64,000 bases of DNA from Octopus vulgaris (Eukaryota), in contig OX597822.1 of assembly GCA_951406725.2 (NCBI GenBank), positions 4,588,001 through 4,652,000 of the forward strand, given 5' to 3'. The position numbers and the translations under genes were made by a program. Shown piece after piece: positions 1-12,983 of this stretch. Each line of letters opens with the position of its first letter. Position 1 is the first letter of the stretch. A model generated the notes under the pieces. It was not told where the DNA came from and did not search any database. It saw only the letters and a program-made list of their open reading frames with translations.

Positions 1-464
1 ATAAGAAAACCATAAAAACAAAAATATCTAAAATAAAACTTTAAAATAATTCAATACACAAGGGCAAGTCTCATCCCTTCCTTCTATTTTCTTTTTCTTT
101 AATGAAGATGGAGAATTGGTGGAGTCATCAGAGTATAGGACAAATACTTTGTTGTAATTGTTCAAGTTCTTCTTTCCTGCCATCAGTCAGAGAGATCCAG
201 GAAAAAGTAGAGTCATGGGGACTTTCTCTCTCTTTCTTGCATTCCCTTTGAGAATTTATCCCTAATTAGTAGTTTGGAATTTAACTGTTCTTTCTAGTGT
301 AATGGATTCCTATGATGGAAGCCTCTTAATGTGTTTTAGTGTACATCGTATTTTATATGAATAATATATAGTCTTTTGACTAAATTTTTTTTTTACGCTA
401 GGCCACTGGCAGTAGAAATTTCTAAAATTTTTATTACCCTGATATTATTAAATATATATATAAA

Positions 465-500
<36 letters not shown>

Positions 501-604
501 AAATGATAACACTTAAACAACACATATAAATATATAAGACAATGCTTCAGTGAAATTATAAGTTGTGAATTTAACAAATAAATAAGAAAAAAATTAATAC
601 TAAC

Positions 605-860
605 TTAATGATATTCCTGCTTCCTCATAGGTTGTGTTAAACCGTCCTAGCATTTCACGTCCAACGCTGAGTGCATGCCAAACGTAGTTGTTAACGTCCA
701 GTGGGAGAATGAGTGAGTCGGACAATCGAAGAATTACTTCAGCCACGACTTTGGCTACCGTCATATGAAGAGTGAGATCCCTGTCTATGAAATTCCGTAA
801 GTAATCAAATGTATCCACTAAGGTGTTATAAGCTGGGTAGGTTGGAAGGTATGGATACAC
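605..860 (-). CDS. Exon 8 of 8 in window, M28B (GCPII/NAALADase/TfR-like) gene: VYPYLPTYPAYNTLVDTFDYLRNFIDRDLTLHMTVAKVVAEVILRLSDSLILPLDVNNYVWHALSVGREMLGRFNTTYEEAGISL
   Basis: Acceptor ttctcacttgcAG at 861-862 and donor GTtagt at 604-603; 256 bp, phase 0 start. Aligns by eye with GCPII YPLYHSVYETY...DP.F.YHLTVAQV...ELANSIVLPFD. Confidence 0.92.
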
Positions 861-934
861 CTGCAAGTGAGAAAACAGTAGAGTTAGTTTACCTGACAAC
901 AATAACAACATGGTCTGTTTTTGCAAAATGATAA

Positions 935-1147
935 TCCTTTCTACTGTAGGTACAAGGCCTGAAATTTGGGTATGTGGTTAGTTGATTACACCAACCCCAG
1001 TGTTCAACTGGTACTTATTTTAACGACACTGAAATGATGAAAGGCAAAGTCTATCTTGGTGACACTTGAACTCAGAAAGTAGAGACAGACGAAATGCTGC
1101 CAAGCACTTTGTCTGGTCTGCTAACATTTCTACAGGCTCAGTGCCTT

Positions 1148-1179
<32 letters not shown>

Positions 1180-1608
1180 TCCTTTATACGATGAGCACAA
1201 GGCCTGAGATTTTGGATAAGGTGACTAGTCAATTACATCCACCCTAGTGCTCAATTGGTACTTATTTTATTGGCCCCACAAAGATGAGAGGCAAAGCTGA
1301 CCTTGGTAGCATTTGAACTCAGAATGTAAAGACGAGAAAATGCTGCTAAGTATTTAATCCAGTGTGCTAATCATTCTTCCAGCTTGCTGCCTTAAATCCT
1401 TTCTACTATAGGCACAAAGGCTGAAATTCTGGGGACTGCTGAGCCAATTATATCAGCTCCAGTACTCAGCTGGTACTTATTCTATACAGTCCGAAAGGAT
1501 GAAAGGCAATGTCGGCATCAGGGGAATTTCACCATAGAACATGAAGACAGGCAAAATGCTGCTGAGTATTTTACCTGATGTCCTAGCAATTCTGCTAGCT
1601 CACTGACT
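935..1608 (-). mobile_element. Three tandem copies of tRNA-derived SINE family A (~210 bp each)
   Basis: Repeated unit tcctttctact..ggcacaaggcctgaaattt...gaaaggcaaagtcgac...atttgaactcagaa...gcctt at about 935-1147, 1180-1393 and 1397-1608. It is the reverse complement of the copy at 48604. Confidence 0.85.
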
Positions 1609-1630
1609 TCTTCTTTTTAATAATAATAAA

Positions 1631-2183
1631 TCCTCTGATGCAGTCCCAGGCAGTGGCTCTCATGGCTTCTGATCTTAACTGATTGGAAGTGTTGTCATGT
1701 ACATTGTTTTGTCTTGGTATAAAAGATGGGCTACACCAAATATTCTGCTCAATGCCACAGATTTGCTTGTCAGTTGTTTGACCGTAACTAGTTGAGCATA
1801 TCCCTTAGTGGCTGATGATGTGTGCATCTCTGATCATGAGTAGAAGTAGTGGAGGAGCATCATAGCCATGTGTTGAGAGGGATTCTTTGGGGTTTGAATA
1901 ATTCACCTCTGGAAACATGGGTGTTTCGTTCAACATCCTTAAACAACCCTTATTCAGGGTTGCTTGAGCGGGATGGGTTACACGACCAGAAGAAAATTCT
2001 AACTGGGCCCCACCTGCAAGGTCATGCACTATTTATCTTGATATGAGATCACCATGTGGCACACATATAGTTGTGATGCATGAGCCAAGTGTACCCTTAT
2101 CAGACGAGTAGTCATGAGGGATATACTGGGCTTCATATATTTTACCCCAGTGTCACTTTGATGGCATGCACTGCTCTCTCACA
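1631..2183. mobile_element. Probable ~550-bp interspersed element inserted in an (AAT)n tract
   Basis: Block of higher GC content with sharp edges and (taa)n on both sides. Only one copy is in the window, so repeat status is inferred. Confidence 0.45.
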
Positions 2184-2201
2184 TAATAATAATAATAATA
2201 A

Positions 2202-2630
2202 TCCTTTCTACCAAAGGTAAGAAATTTGGTGGGAGAAGACTAGTTGATTACATCGATCTCAGTGTTTCACAAGTACTTAATTTATTGACCCTGAAAGGAT
2301 GAAAGACAAAGATGACGCAGGCAAAATTTGAACTCGGAACATACAGACAGATGAAATGCCACTAAGCATTTGCCCGGTGTGCTAATGACTTTGCCAGCTC
2401 ACAGCCTTAATAATAATAATCCTTTCTACTAAAAGCACAAGGCCTGAAATGTTTGGGGAAGGGACTAGGTGAGTACATTGACTCCAGTGTTCCACAGGTT
2501 CTTAATCTATCGACCCCAAAAGAATGAAAGGCAAAGTCGATCTTGGCGGAATTTGAACTCAGAACGTAAGGATGGGTGAAATGCCACTAAGCATTTTGCC
2601 TGGCATGCTAACAATTCTGCCAGCTCACCG
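2202..2630 (-). mobile_element. Two tandem SINE family A copies
   Basis: Same consensus as 935-1608, separated by (aat)n. Confidence 0.85.
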
Positions 2631-2669
2631 CAATAGATAATAATAATGATAATAATAATAATAATAATA

Positions 2670-2709
<40 letters not shown>

Positions 2710-2714
2710 CTTAC

Positions 2715-2808
2715 ATTTTGGTTGTACATATAAGCTGGGGCTAAAGATGGGATGCCCAGTTGATAAAGAAATGGGGAATGGTCACCATCACCATGAAGCT
2801 GAGAAACA
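2715..2808 (-). CDS. Exon 7 of 8: (N)VSQLHGDGDHSPFLYQLGIPSLAPAYMYNQN
   Basis: Acceptor ttttatttccAG at 2810-2809 and donor GTAAGT at 2714; 94 bp, phase 2 to phase 0. Matches GCPII [26 protein letters not shown]. Confidence 0.92.
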
Positions 2809-3210
2809 CTGGAAATAAAAGTAAAGCAATAAACAATGAAAGATACAAATAAATGTTACTTTACTGAGGACAACATATAAAGATGGACAGTGTATAGAGA
2901 TATATATATATAGTAGATGTGGTAGGAGAGATAATAGTTGTGTCTGACATGAGAACATGGACAGAAAATTGTTAGGAAGGAGTTAAACAATTAAATCAAA
3001 CCTAGTACTTGACTGGTACTTTATTTTATCAACCTCAGACGAAGAAAAGGTGAAGTTGATCTCAGAAGAAATTGAACTTAGAATGAAAAGTACCATAACC
3101 AAATACTACATGGTATTTTATTAAATGAAAAAAACAAAAATTCTGCAATCCATTAGCAGACCAGAGTTAATAATACAAATACACATAATAATAATAATAA
3201 TAATAATAAT

Positions 3211-4086
3211 ATTGTTGTATTTAGGAATGGTCATTTTGCCAGTTTAGCCAATAAAAACACACACACACTATATATTTGGTGTTACTTTGCTTCAGCATTA
3301 TCCATTTTGTACATTAATCTTAATCTTATTTCGGCCAGAGTTCTTTCGTCTCACTCCTGTGTCCTCATCAGTGGTCCTTTGCTTTCTTCTTTCTTATTTG
3401 TGTTGTTCTCCTTACTAATGGTCAGCCATTTTGTATTCCTATTATATGTGTCTTCATTTACGCATGTGTATACCTCTATGTGTGTCTATGTTTAGTTAGT
3501 GTGTGGGGGGAGGGCCTGTAATATTTGTACCTCCTGTTTATATACATTTGTGTAATTTGTTTTTTGTTTTTGTTTATTTTTTTGTTCATGTGTTTACACC
3601 TACTTATTATAATTATTATTATTATTATTATTATTATTTATTATTATTATTATTTTTAATGTATATAGTTATTTACTTCCATTTGTTTATCTGTGTATTT
3701 TATTTATGTTTTTAGTTTTGTTTGTATTGTTACCAGTTTATGGGGATCTTCTTCTGTCATATGCTGTGGTGTGTGCTAGTGTTCCATTCCAGTTTCCTAT
3801 TCAGGCTAGGTTTATCTTCTATAATGTGTGTAGTTTCCGTAATTTGTCTAATTGTTGCGTCTGTTCTATGTGTGGACAAGATTTTAACTTCTATGTTGTT
3901 GATTGAGCCCCTGTGTTCCTGCTCGGCGTGCTGGTACAGAACCAATGAGCTCTTTTCTTCCTTAAGTTCTCTCCAATGTTCATTTACCCGCTCTCCTATG
4001 CTCCGTGCCGTTTCCCCTATGTATGTGATCGTCTTGTTACTGCATCATCCCTCTATACATCTTATACTATAGACTACATTTCTGGC
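3211..4086 (-). mobile_element. Penelope-like retroelement 3' fragment: GIY-YIG endonuclease plus 3' UTR
   Basis: Minus-strand 4086-3757 reads ARNVVYSIRCIEG*CSNKTITYIGETARSIGERVNEHWRELKEEKSSLVLYQHAEQEH...ILS...IRQITETTHIIEDKPSLNR, showing the GIY/YIG, R..EH and E..I...P.LN motifs with one stop. It ends at an (AAT)n tract. Confidence 0.88.
3333..3377 (-). ncRNA. Minimal type I hammerhead-ribozyme-like motif in the Penelope 3' UTR
   Basis: Minus strand GGACCA CUGAUGA G GACAC AGGA GUGAGAC GAAA GAAC UC UGGCC: intact core, stem I CCA/UGG, 2-bp stem III, imperfect stem II. Confidence 0.6.
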
Positions 4087-4564
4087 TTTACAGAACTCAT
4101 TTACAACAACTGTGTGATTCCAAGGCATGGAGACAGACATACACACATATGTATATACATACTCACACACACTTGTACATATATATATATAATACACACA
4201 GATAATGTATTTTATACATTTATTGAAGGATTACAAATGTTTTGGATAAGTATTGGAGGGACTTAATTTATAAGTCCAATGCTGATCAACTGAAAAATAG
4301 AGAACAACCAGCCTTCTTTATACATATATGAAATAAGCTTGTTTCCGTTTCTGTCTATCAAATCCACTCAAAAAGCTTTGGTCTGCATAGGACTATAGTA
4401 GAAGATGCCCAAGGTGCTGCACACAAGGACTGAACCTAAAATTACGTGGTTATGTGGTTGGGAAGGAAACTTCTTAACCACACACCCATGCTCACATCTA
4501 TGATGACTGAAAATAATTGGTATAAGAAAGCATTAAATTCAGTACATGACAATTACTTGGTTAT

Positions 4565-4690
4565 AATAATATGGGATGCCTGTCAAAGCTGACAAAGAAA
4601 TCAAAGCAAATTGCCCAGACATCATTGTCAAAGGCAGAGAAAGAGAAATAAGAAAAAAAGATAAAAGATCGGCATATTCCGATCGGCATC
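4565..4690 (+). mobile_element. Degenerate R4/Dong-clade REL-endonuclease fragment
   Basis: Frameshifted reading IIWD-PVKADKEIKANCPDIIVK resembles the (I/L)WD...TD..I..NRPDI motif. Confidence 0.5.
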
Positions 4691-4849
4691 TCAAACACTT
4701 TATACAAAACCATAAATGGCAATAAAAGAAATATAAAGCAAAATAAAAACCTATCAAACACATTGTCTATGACTGCCATATTTATTTATATGTTCCTTGG
4801 AATTCATCAAAGTTTCATATCAGACTGTTATTTACTAACACTAGAATAG

Positions 4850-5030
4850 ATTGGACAGCTGAGAAATTGAAGACAGAAACAGGCTGGACAGTGGAGAAAT
4901 TGTAGACAGAAGAAACAAGGATGGACAGTAAAGAAACTGTAGACAAAAGCAAGGCTGGACAGTGGAGAAATTTTAGACAGAAGCAGAGTAGACAGTGGAG
5001 AAATATAACACAAGGGGTAGTGGAGAAAAT
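4850..5030. repeat. Degenerate ~30-33-bp minisatellite (ggctggacagtggagaaattgtagacagaa), about 5-6 copies
   Basis: Recurrent ggacagtggagaaatt..agacag units. Confidence 0.7.
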
Positions 5031-5659
5031 GCAGTAATTAGGCTGCAAACCAAATCCCATACAATAAACAAAAGCAACTAGGTAGGTAGGAGCCCAAAGG
5101 GTGGAAATCTGGTTAAAGCATCCCATAACTTTTTTGTATTTTTTGGAATTTTCAGAACATTTTTGCAAATTTGTGTTCTACACACACCTTCTTTCACACA
5201 TAAATCTTATAAGTCCCATTCTTTTTCAATTTTTTTTTTAAAATCAGAGTTTAAAATGCAGATAGTTTGAATTTTTTGCTTGAATCCCAGCAATGGACCA
5301 CCCTTGGGTGCAAGGGAGACAGATAGTATTAAAACTAACTATATATGACCAGGACAAGGAATAAGGTAGGTATTTCACCAGAACCATTTAGAAATAGTAT
5401 TTTCGAATCATGTTAGAATTGTAATATGATACTTAGCTTCCTTAATCCCACCCCTCAACTTGAAGAAAGTATAAGGCAAACGTCTTGCCCAATTTAAACA
5501 ATTAATGATCAATTCAAGTCAACAGGGGAGATATAGAGAACCAAATTATTCATTAGATAGTTGTTTTGGCTACGATGGAAATGTCACTTGATCAGTATTT
5601 ATTCTAAGTGTTGAAATGGATTGGGTAAATCTATTTCAACAAGCTTTCTTAATTTGCTA

Positions 5660-6023
5660 GTAGCACCATCTGTTCGTGGCTGTTGCCAGTCTCGCCTGGC
5701 CCCCGTGCTGGTGGCACGTAAAAGCTCCATCCGATCATGGCTGTTGCCAGCCTCGCCTGGCCCCTGTGCCGGTGGCACGTAAAAAGCACCATCTGTTCGT
5801 GGCCGTTTGCCAGCTCCATCTGGCACCTGTGCGGGTGGCACGTAAAAAGCACCCACTACACTCACGGAGTGGTTGGCGTTAGGAAGAGCATCCAACCGTA
5901 GAAACACTGCCAGATCAGACTGGGCCTGATGCAGCTTTCTGGCTTCACAGACCCCAGTAGAACCGTCCAACCCATGCTAGCATGGAAAGCAGACGCTAAA
6001 TGATGATGATGATGATGATGATG
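5660..6023 (+). mobile_element. RTE LINE 3'-end copy with internal ~55-60-bp tandem repeats and (GAT)n tail
   Basis: Homologous to the LINE 3' end at 58850-59232 (ggtggcacgtaaaaagcacc repeats, then cccatgctagcatggaaagc..gatgatgat). Confidence 0.85.
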
Positions 6024-6439
6024 TACTGCTATAATTTCAGTCACATTTCTCATAGTTGAATAGGCAAATTTAACTGTATGTCTCTTAACCTACCATGTTT
6101 ATTGATGGTAGGAAGTGTGTGTCAAGAGCTATGAATAAAATTTACCTGGTATATTTGTGACTTCTTGGGCCCTGTATAGGGCATTATACCATGAAACCTG
6201 TCTCATGTGAGCTCTTCACTTTCTATGATTATTATAATTACTGTTTCTTGCCATATCCCCATGTGTATAGTTATTTGTAAAAATGTGAGGGGAACCATAT
6301 TTAATCTCTAAGGTTGAGTCATTCTTATCCTTATTCCTATTGCTATGCTTTCGGTACTTTCTGTTATTAGGACTATTGCTATTTCTATCAGCTTTAAAGA
6401 AATCAAGAATTCTTGAACACATCAACATGACTGCTAACT

Positions 6440-7980
6440 TTTATAATTAGGTTTTAAACTCCTATTAATCACATATTAAGAAGGAACTATAAATTACTTT
6501 TAAGATTAATGTGGTAGAAAATGATCTAGCAAAAAGATTACAAGAAGACAAGACAACCATATATACCTAGGACAGCAAGTTAATTATAGATATATGTATA
6601 CCTAAACTCAGGTAAATAATAAAATTATAACTAGGATCCAACTATGATTTCACATCAAGAATGTTGCAAAACAAATACATAAATGTAAAAACTTGTTAAG
6701 TTTATCCAAATCGAAATATCTAGTTATTATAGTTCCATTAACCCTATTTTACTAGCTAGGAAAGACTATAATTGAATTTCAGGGTAACTATTGGACAAGA
6801 AAGAACAGACTTAACAAGTTTGATACCATTATGGGGTCCAATGACACTGCAGAAGTAACTGATTTAGAAGGTATATATCAATGTTTAAACAATAATTTTC
6901 CTGGGTAAGGTGGGGGAATTATATAGGGATGATGCTTTACTGTTTATAGGTAGCGTAAGATTAACTCATAAAGGCATGGGAAAAAATCTTAAAATTTTTA
7001 AGGCTTAGGACTATCTATCTTCCTGGAGAATGAGTATAATAAAAGAAATTTTTTGGATGTTACTTTGGACTTTAGTATGGGATGTAACATCCATACCACA
7101 AACCAAATGAGAACCTCAAATATGTGAGCTAAAAATTCAGCTATCCAGAAATGATTATAAATTCTATAATTAGGAGCATCTCCCTTAGAATCTCTAAACT
7201 TTCAGCTAATGAAAAGATATTTAAATAAAATGAGAAATGCTACGATTTAACTTCAGCAAAAGCTGGTTATGAGGAGAAAATTTATTGTATTCCTAATGCT
7301 GCAGAAGTAATGGAATAGATAAATAATGACAGTGATCACCATAACAATTAATAAAAACACTAATACATACTTTGATAGGAGGAATAGTATGAAAAGCTTT
7401 ACTGGTAATTGAATAGGTGTAGATAAAGCAGGTGACAAGGTTTAAAAGTCTAATCAACCATCTTTGTTACTAAATTTCAAACTAAAATATATCCCTCATG
7501 TGTTTATTAAACTGGAAAATAATGGTGAATGCGGACTGGTTTCACGAAACAATTGTAATTTTTTTAATATTTATCAACATATTAAGTATGATTTTTGGAA
7601 CACAATTTAACAATGGGTTCCAAACCAAATCTTTTTCATTTTTTTTTTGTTTCAAAGTGAATCTAATTACAGGTAAATTCAATAAAATATAAAATTATTT
7701 AAATTTTGCTTAAACATCAGCATAGAAAATGAGTAATTAGGTAATATTCAATGAGTATACAACAAAATTTTAATAGAAAGGAATTATTTATCAGTGGAAC
7801 TTAATACACAGATGACAGGTGTGTCATAAAGGTAAAACAGAACAAAATACTGGAATTTGTCTGTGAAGAAAACTAGAAAATGATCAACTAAATGAAATAA
7901 ACTGACATGTATATATAACTATACAGAAACCTTTAAATGTTGCTTAACAATTCAAATTAATCAAATTTTGTCATGTATTT
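6440..7980 (+). mobile_element. Highly decayed Penelope-like element (RT and probable GIY-YIG)
   Basis: Fragments in shifting frames: FDTIMGSNDTAEVTDLEGIY (~6820), LYRDDAL (~6920), FLDVTLD (~7050), PYHKPNENLKYVS, SISLRISKLSANEKIF, and GIIYQ (~7780). Confidence 0.8.
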
Positions 7981-8087
7981 TACAGGTAAATTCAAAACAA
8001 AATATTTATAAATCAAATTTACACACACAATATTCCTAAACATGTTGAGATTTGTAACTTTTTTCCAGATATGTGGGAAACCTCGGA

Positions 8088-8133
<46 letters not shown>

Positions 8134-8829
8134 CTTTTTATTTTCATTCTGCATAGTGATTTGTTTCCACAATAATTGCTTCAAAGGAAAAAAATTTTTT
8201 AATCATTTAATGGTTTTATTTCCTTGGAAAGATGTCGTTAGGTCTAATAGCTTCGTAAAAATAATTAAGAAAAACAGTTTTCAAATTCTTATTATACGCA
8301 TTATACAAATTCATTTTTTAAAATCATTATTGGAACTCTTTCAATTGTTTCACTTTCAGAAAAAGAAATGTCCAATTCATAATCACAGCGGTTTTCATGT
8401 TTGCTGTTTATTTTCTTAGGTTTTTCTGTCTTCTTTTGAAAATACATCGAATTCAAACTCACAGCTTGTCAGCATGAAATTTGTATTTCTTTTTCATCCA
8501 TAGTGAAACATTTCAGAAAATTGAGGTGGAAAAATTGGAAAGAAATCTCAAAAAAATGTGCATTGCTTAGATATCACGCACAATAAAAGTAAACAATGTA
8601 ACTCAGTTGCTTACATCATGAAACTGCGTGTTTTCGCAACTGTATTAACAAGATTTGCACTAAAATTCTCATTAAAATATGAACAGGTCATTTTAGCTGA
8701 TTTTGATAATATTAATATCATACATCGGGCCTCACAAAGACAAATGGCTGAGTTCCTTATGAGCATTGGGCTTCCCGCAGGCAAAGTGGCTGAGTTCCTT
8801 TCGAGTGTTGGGCCTCATGAAGGCAATGA

Positions 8830-9090
8830 CTGAGACCTTTGACATTATGTCGTGCTTGAGAAGAAGACCCATCAAACCGAGCAAAATTGCAGTCGTGGCA
8901 GATACCAGTGTCATGTACCAGTGCCAGTGCATGTAAAAGCACCCATTACACTCTTGGAGTGGTTAATGTTAGGAAAGGCATCCAGCTGTAGAAAACCATA
9001 CCAAATCAGACTGGCGTCTAGCGCAGCCTTCCAGCTTATCAACCCTGGTCAAACCATCCAACCCATTCCAGCATGTTAAATGATGATGAC
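8830..9090 (+). mobile_element. RTE LINE 3'-end copy
   Basis: gtgcttgagaagaagaccc...ggcatccagctgtagaaa...gatgatgac, similar to 58660-59230. Confidence 0.75.
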
Positions 9091-9460
9091 CAAACTCTTT
9101 TTGGGTGGCTTTGGGCAAATTAGTAATGAAAGGGTAAATAGAAAAAAGGAAATGAAGGGCAAAAGTAGCTACGTGAACCAAGGAGGCAAGCATAGAATTA
9201 ATAAGACCATTATAACCCCCAAGCAACCAAGAGATTACAATAAGGATAATAATAATAATGATATTGATAATAGTAATAATGCTGGCAATGATGTAAAGAT
9301 AATAATAATAATAATAAAAATAGTAGTATCAGTAATAGAAAGAACAAAATGTATAGCAATAGGAGAGTAAAGCATTGATGAGGAAGTTTCTTAATGATAC
9401 AAATAAATAAAAAAAAGAGTTCTGCAGCCGTTATGCCCAATTATGAGAGCCAGGAAGGGT

Positions 9461-9610
<150 letters not shown>

Positions 9611-9921
9611 AGAAAGAGAGAGTTACAAACATTATAATTGATTGGGTCGGATAAAAAAGAAAATTTGGCAAATTCAAGAATAAATAACAATCATTCTACA
9701 ATTCTTAGTAAAATAAATTAATAACGTGCCAGTGGCACATTAAATCATGTTGGTGGCACGTTAAAAGCATCCAGCTCACACTGTAAAGTGGTTGGCATTA
9801 AGGAGGGCATCCAGCTGTAGAGACCAAGCCGAATCAGACTGGAACATGGTGCAGCCCTTCAGCTCCAGTCAAACCGTCCAACCCATGCCAGCATGGAAAA
9901 TGATGATGATGATGATGAAAG

Positions 9922-9963
<42 letters not shown>

Positions 9964-11499
9964 CGCGCAGAGAATTTTACGAAGAGTCATCTTTATCAAT
10001 TTCCTATCTAACACAATTAATTATTTGTTCCTTTATTATTAGTAAGTTATTAGTGACAGAGACTTTCAGTACTCCACTGTAACCTGTTAATTGGTTTCAA
10101 ATAAGTACACCTGTGTGTCACGTGCAGGTATCGCTCCCTCTCTGTCACCGTCTCTTTTCAATAATAAATGTGACAAATGACACTGAAACTAATAACAGCT
10201 AATTAAAAATAAATAATAAGGTAGTTAATAATTAACTAACAGTGTTTGGTACTCATTAATTAGCCAACTGACAAACAAACTAGAAACATTATATTGGAAT
10301 ACAACATTTCGTTCAACACAAGGGGTCACATTGAATACTCCTGCTTTCTTTCTCTTATCCTTTTCATAAATGCTTCTATGCCTACACACACACACACACA
10401 TGCAACACACACACACACATTATAATCATACATATTTATTTCCATACAAGCATAGAGAGATAATATTTTTAACTTAGATTATCACTTTAAGAATTGCTGA
10501 AGCATACTATTCACTGATGAATGCCTTTCTAACAGTTAATTACCTAATTATATCGGGAAAAGACAGCCTAACTTCTTTACTGTTGTTAGACTGCTGTAAA
10601 ATAATTACAACTGTTACTGTCATCATGTCGGAAACTAACCTCTCACCTCACCCTCTGCCTACGTCTCATAAGAAAAAAAAAAAAAAACCTAACAAAAAAC
10701 GAAAACCATCAGCATCATCTCTTTCTAGACTCTAAGAACATGATTCAGGTTGAACGAGATTTACTCAAGTATTTCCCCTTGCATACATTCTTTGGCTTTT
10801 GTACTGAGTTACCTCCCTTGACGCAGCTTATTTGCATCGCTGTCCCGGCAGTCTTGCTGTCATTTCCATCAAACTAAAACTAATCAGATCAGCAGGGTAA
10901 CAATTTCCTCTATTAAACACAATGCTTATTTTAGTTATGATACTTGATACGAAGGAAGCTATTCATGGTGTGGAAGGAAGCACAACGAGAAACGTGGCGA
11001 CGGTTTATTTCTTTTCTTTTTTTTTACCAAAGAAAAGAACAGTTGAAATGAAGACGTTTTACTTGAGAACTGAAGCAAGGCACTATCGAACAAATCAGGT
11101 ACAGCTGTGGATCCGAGGTTAACTTGACAGTCTTCCCAGATAATTATAAAACACACAGCTTGATACATAAAATAAAATTATACATTTTCAGCAAGTAAAT
11201 AAATACTTAATGTGGAAGGTTTGTAGGTTGGAATTTAAGGTAAAGAAAGTGATTGGAGGTAGTAATTGTAATTCTCATTAGAATCGACCCCAGAACAAAG
11301 TTTAGCCATGTCATGTGTTTCCAGTTTGCGTATACTTTATTAGTAATTCTTTTATGTACATATTTGGAAGTTTCTTTGATAAATATTAAGCCAAGCAAAG
11401 ATGTATATCAAATTGAAGCAACAAAATTTGAAGAAACTAATGATAAATTACTACAGCAACAGTAATAATAATAATAATAATGATGATGATGATAATAAT

Positions 11500-11842
11500 G
11501 GTTACTAATTTTGACACAAGGGTCGCAATTTTGGGGGAGGGAGTAAGTTGATTACATAGACCCCCAGCATTCAACTGGTACTTATGTTATGACCCCAAAA
11601 GGATGAAAGGCAAAGTCGACCTCAGCAGAATAATAAATAATAATGTTTCAAATTTTGGCACAAGGCCAGCAGTTTCAGGGAAGGGGTTAATCAATTAGTG
11701 TTCAACAGGTGCTTATTTTATTGACACCAAAAGGATGAAACATTAGGTCGACTCCAGTGGTATTTGAACTCTGAATGTGAAGATGGATAAAATGCCACTA
11801 AGCATTTTGCCCAGTATGCTAACAATTCTGCCAACTTGCCTT
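11500..11842 (-). mobile_element. Two SINE family A copies (one partial) between (AAT)n tracts
   Basis: Family A consensus motifs. Confidence 0.75.
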
Positions 11843-11843
11843 G

Positions 11844-11901
<58 letters not shown>

Positions 11902-12983
11902 TAATAATAATGATTGTTTTAAAGGCTACTTTTCCATGCTTATATGGGTCAGATGGTATTTGTTGAGGCAGATTTTCTACAGCTGGGTGCTCTTCCTGTC
12001 ACCAATCCTCCACTTGTTTCTAAGCAGAGTAATATTTCTCAATGGGCAGATATATTTTTTATGGAAGACTGGAAATGAGGAGACACTGCTTGTATGATTG
12101 TGGAGCTAGTTTGCAACCATTTCATGACTTTGAAATAAGGAGACACAAACACAATATTCTTTGCCTCATGATTTCTCAATAAGGAACATAATTTTGCATT
12201 TTATGAAAGAAATGAAATGAAAAATTTTGAGAATTGTAACTTTTCCAGTTGGATACTGAAAACAAGATAAAAACTGTTCTCTAATCTAAACATAAGGTTG
12301 ATACTTTATCTTATCAATCCCAGAGAGATGAAGGGTGAAACTGACCTTAGTAAGATTTGAACTCAAAGTGAAGAGCCAGAACAAATACCAAAAGGTATTT
12401 TGTCTGATGCTCTAAGAATACTGTCTACAAGTCAATGACTAAGTATTATCCTACCACAATATCGAGACAGATACAGACACATATCATTGTATCTGTTAAG
12501 TAAGGGAGCATTTTTTTTTTATTCAACTTGTATCTGGTCAGAAGTCACATACAAAGAAAGAAATTTAATCCTCATGAAACACATTCTGGTGTTCCCAGGT
12601 AAATCTTATAACATTGCTTTTGTCTGTCTGATTGAAAACAGCTGCTGCAACTTCTACTCTACGGATCAGAGGTTATCAGCAGAAACCATTCCTGGAGTAC
12701 CCCTGCAGAGATTTTAAGGCAAGGTTCTTAGTTCAAACCTTATAACAATCATTTTGTTATTTCTGAATGAGGTGCATGCACTTACAGAATTCAAGCTGTG
12801 GTAGTTTGCACAAGTTAAAAAGACATACAGCTATGGAAAGAATTGCTTTAATCAAGCCAATAAAACTAGCCTGGCAGAAATAGGAGTTAAATCTCTTGCA
12901 GATCACAATTTACTCTCTTATAAAAGAAATAGATATTGTATAATATATAGCTAGACATGTTATGTCTGTAAATAAAAGATAGT

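Noticed and set aside
861-926. N-terminal extension MQKQTMLLLL...Q of ORF 600-926 as a signal peptide
   Set aside because: It is intronic sequence upstream of the AG acceptor at 861-862.
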